The notes beneath the pieces were generated by a model. That model did no database searches. It worked only from the letters and a program-made list of their open reading frames with translations, and was not told the DNA's origin. A stretch of DNA of 63,967 nucleotides, counting the filler. It is 6 parts of 6 records of this genome, joined end to end, with 100 filler letters (N's around TTAATTAATTAA, not from the genome) between each part and the next. Parts side by side here need not be neighbours in the genome. Positions count along the whole stretch, not along the records: positions 58,823 to 63,967 come from SRR31156797_12995; 5 more parts are not named here. The stretch is one strand, 5' to 3'. This document shows positions 61,220 to 63,967 of the stretch, piece by piece (within the stretch, counting starts at the first letter, position 1; each line of letters starts with the position of its first letter). The position numbers and the translations under genes are program-made.

Positions 61220-61943
61220 CTCTCATGAACTCTCTTTTTAAGCGACCCAGAACATCCAGATTTTTATGGAAGTCTTCCATGCGATTAAGCACATGTGTTT
61301 TAAAAAGGAATGAAGCAATATCCACAGCCTTGTTTATCGCTCCGGACTTGAGCAGCGCATAGCCGAGATCCAGGTTTTTATCAATGAATATTGAAGTGTT
61401 GGTGAACTGATCGGAGTCGTCCTTTAACCAGTAGACAACAACGCCGACATAAAAATCCCAGATAATGCGGTAAATAAGCTCGGTAAAAACCTGCTCTGAA
61501 ATTTCATCAACCTCAATTGCCGCCTGAAACATGTCTTCCAATATCTCAAAGAAACGTTTCTGAATCGATCTCAACCGTCGGCTGACCGGGGTCAGGGAAA
61601 AGAAGACGGAAATAAAGGTTTCGGCCACGAATTCACGGTCAGCCAAATACTGTTCCAAAAGGGATTCGAAAAGAGCCTGGAACTGCTCCCTGAGGCTGTA
61701 TTCGTTAAAACCTTCTATTTCCTTCAGGGCCAGGACCGCGTTATCCAGAGCATCTTCATAATAGGCGAAGAGGATGGATTCCTTGGTGGGGAAATAGTTA
61801 TAGATGGTGGCTTCGCCAATACCGGCTCCGGCCGCCGTAGCCCTCATGGTTGCGGCTTTAACGCCCTTTTCCGTGATCAGGTCCACGGCCGCCTGAATGA
61901 TGCGCCGCCTGTTTTCTTCTTTTTTTTCCGAACTTATTTTCAT
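61203..61943 (-). CDS. TetR-family regulator
   Basis: HTH with G...ATIYNYFPTKE; overlaps the kinase start. Confidence 0.9.
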   Translation of the reverse strand: MKISSEKKEENRRRIIQAAVDLITEKGVKAATMRATAAGAGIGEATIYNYFPTKESILFAYYEDALDNAVLALKEIEGFNEYSLREQFQALFESLLEQYLADREFVAETFISVFFSLTPVSRRLRSIQKRFFEILEDMFQAAIEVDEISEQVFTELIYRIIWDFYVGVVVYWLKDDSDQFTNTSIFIDKNLDLGYALLKSGAINKAVDIASFLFKTHVLNRMEDFHKNLDVLGRLKREFMRDDKKR

Positions 61944-62178
61944 TTTTCACCGAAAATAGTATCTATAAAAAGATTAATATTTAATTTTAATGTATAGCAG
62001 CTTCGCATTAAAGTCAAGCATGTTTTGAAAATAAAAAAGAGCTAACAGCCTAACTACCTGAATTGGTGATATATAATTAGAAAAATATCTGGCGGGCCGG
62101 GAGGTCGTTGATTAAGGAGTAGACCTTGATAATAGGAAGCATAGTCGGGTTGTGAACTTGACCAATTTCTCTAATATT

Positions 62179-62490
62179 CTATGAACCCGGCAAATTCGAT
62201 TTTCCCCCGAAGCTGCAGCCCGGGCAGTATTGAGACATACCTTTGGCTTTCATTTTCATGCCGCATTTCGGGCATTTTCTATACCATACATGCACCATGA
62301 CACAGCCTGTAATTATGGCGGTATACAATAGGAAATCGAACCAGGTAAAAGGTCTTCTCGATAACGGGTGCAACCCCGAGGATGATGACTCAATGCCGGT
62401 AATAATGAACCAGGACAATGCTATTGAGATGATGCTTACCCAATAGATTGTCCTGCGTTTTCTGAGTATTCTTGTTTCTTCCCGGTTCAT
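62179..62490 (-). CDS. Small two-TM protein with C-terminal zinc ribbon
   Basis: Two hydrophobic segments followed by CPKC...CPGC. Confidence 0.55.
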   Translation of the reverse strand: MNREETRILRKRRTIYWVSIISIALSWFIITGIESSSSGLHPLSRRPFTWFDFLLYTAIITGCVMVHVWYRKCPKCGMKMKAKGMSQYCPGCSFGGKSNLPGS

Positions 62491-62568
62491 GTTTTTAATT
62501 ATCAGTTTAGGCGCAATTAGTGCGATTGTTTATTCAGTTTCCTCGAATTGGCTTACAGGAATGGCGCC

Positions 62569-63967
62569 TCAGTCGCCTGTTTTGCTTTCCATAAACTGTT
62601 CCATCACTTTATCCAGGTTGAACGATGCGGGTTTTTGGCGGGGAGGAAATTCCTTCAGGGTCGCCAGAACTTCCGCCATGGCTGCTTGTACGGGTAACGC
62701 GATAAACGCAGTTTTTTTACCCCACCAATGGTTGTACTGATTCGAGTCGGTGTCGGCTCGTTCAAAAGGATCGCGGCGCAGATGAAAGAGCTTCGGGGTT
62801 CGCAGTTCCACAAACGGATCGCGCCACACATCAAATCTTTTCGCCCGTTGCTCCGCGAACACGAGCTTCCAATCGCCGGTGCGCACTGCGAGCAGCTGGC
62901 CGTCGTCACTTACGTAGAAAAACCTGTTGCGCGGGCTTTTGTCTGTCTTGCCGGTCAGTAAATCAAGCATATTGTGGCCGTCAAGATGGACTTTATAAGT
63001 TCTGTTTCCTATTGTGTGCCCCTTTAGCAGTTTCTCCTTGACTTGTGCATCGCCGACAGCGGCCATGAGGGTCGGCATCCAGTCCTGATGGGATACGATT
63101 TCATTCGTCACCGCACCTGCCTCAATGTTGCCGGGCCAGCGGACGATGGCCGGAACGCGAAAGCCGCCTTCCCAATTTGTGTTCTTTTCACCGCGGAACG
63201 GCGTGATGCCTCCGTCGGGCCACTCGTTGTAGTGCGGACCGTTGTCCGTTGAGTAAAAAACGATCGTGTTGTCGGCGATACCCAATCGATCCAGCAGATC
63301 CAGCACCTTGCCGACATGATTGTCGTGCTCAACCATTCCGTCCGCGTAGAAGTTTGCGCCTTCTCCCGCGATTCCTTTATTCTTTTCGCTGATGTGAGTG
63401 TAGTAATGCATTCGCGATGCGTTCAGCCAGCAGAAAAATGGTTTTTGGGCGGTGTGGGCCCGCTCGATAAAGTCGATGGCCGCATCAGTAAACTCATCAT
63501 CAATGGTTTCCATGCGTTTTCTAGTGAGCGGGCCTGTATCTTCAATTTTGCCGTCTGCTGAAGATTTGATCACACCGCGAGGACCGAATTTCTTGCGGAA
63601 CTCGGGATCCTTGGGATAGTCCTCGTCTTCCGGCTCCTCCTCGGCATTGAGGTGATACAGATTGCCGAAGAACTCATCAAAGCCGTGGTTTGTCGGCAAA
63701 TGTTCGTCGCGATCTCCGAGGTGGTTTTTGCCGAACTGACCAGTCATGTACCCATGCGGTTTAAGAAGCACGGCCAGCGTTGGATCTTCCGGTTGGATGC
63801 CTTCCGCGGCGCCGGGCATGCCGACCTTGGTAAGCCCCGTGCGGAAAGGATGTTGGCCGGTGATAAACGCCGCACGGCCGGCAGTGCAAGATTGCTCGGC
63901 ATAGTAGTCAGTGAAAATCATCCCTTCACTCGCGAGCCGGTCGATGTTGGGCGTCTGGTATCCCATC
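62569..63967 (-). CDS. Arylsulfatase, 5' truncated by window end
   Basis: TPNIDRLA, SCTAGRAA (CxxxR), GKNHLG and TDNG. Confidence 0.93.
   Translation of the reverse strand, partial: MGYQTPNIDRLASEGMIFTDYYAEQSCTAGRAAFITGQHPFRTGLTKVGMPGAAEGIQPEDPTLAVLLKPHGYMTGQFGKNHLGDRDEHLPTNHGFDEFFGNLYHLNAEEEPEDEDYPKDPEFRKKFGPRGVIKSSADGKIEDTGPLTRKRMETIDDEFTDAAIDFIERAHTAQKPFFCWLNASRMHYYTHISEKNKGIAGEGANFYADGMVEHDNHVGKVLDLLDRLGIADNTIVFYSTDNGPHYNEWPDGGITPFRGEKNTNWEGGFRVPAIVRWPGNIEAGAVTNEIVSHQDWMPTLMAAVGDAQVKEKLLKGHTIGNRTYKVHLDGHNMLDLLTGKTDKSPRNRFFYVSDDGQLLAVRTGDWKLVFAEQRAKRFDVWRDPFVELRTPKLFHLRRDPFERADTDSNQYNHWWGKKTAFIALPVQAAMAEVLATLKEFPPRQKPASFNLDKVMEQFMESKTGD

Noticed and set aside
1-63967. CRISPR arrays, tRNA, rRNA, transposases, integrons
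   Set aside because: No regularly spaced repeats, cloverleafs, rRNA signatures or transposase/integrase motifs were seen on manual reading. A dedicated scan was not possible.

Overview
This window is not one locus. It is six unrelated contigs joined by artificial N-run/TTAATTAATTAA spacers (25612-25711, 33480-33579, 43143-43242, 52648-52747, 58723-58822). Taxonomic labels are my inference from gene content and composition. Contig 1 (1-25611, Desulfovibrionaceae-like) starts with a short Rhs toxin/immunity pair. Next comes an isolated podophage head module (small gene, portal, Bbp19-like gene, scaffold) with no capsid, terminase, tail or integrase gene nearby. The Rhs gene and the head module are preceded by the same 91-bp upstream element (77/91 identical, ungapped). 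This points to a domesticated, co-regulated phage-head/GTA-like system linked to polymorphic toxins and is the best candidate for an undescribed system. The rest of contig 1 is housekeeping (rlmN, zupT, nfo, glnA, two MCPs, an MltF-like gene) and ends in a candidate Fur-controlled C-rich sRNA. Contig 2 (spirochaete-like): proC, xylAB, AraC regulator, aminotransferase, MCP. Contig 3 (high-GC, alphaproteobacterial-like): aldehyde:ferredoxin oxidoreductase with MoaD, a two-component system with two cytochromes c, acyltransferase, FadR, sulfatase. Contig 4 (low-GC anaerobe): ablAB behind a riboswitch-like leader with a terminator, TPR lipoprotein and others. Contig 5 (Bacteroidota-like): DUF4956/DUF2490, tandem secreted paralogs, radical SAM. 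Contig 6 (Desulfobacterota-like): TetR with ABC1 kinase, arylsulfatase. All family calls come from motif recognition; no database search was run.
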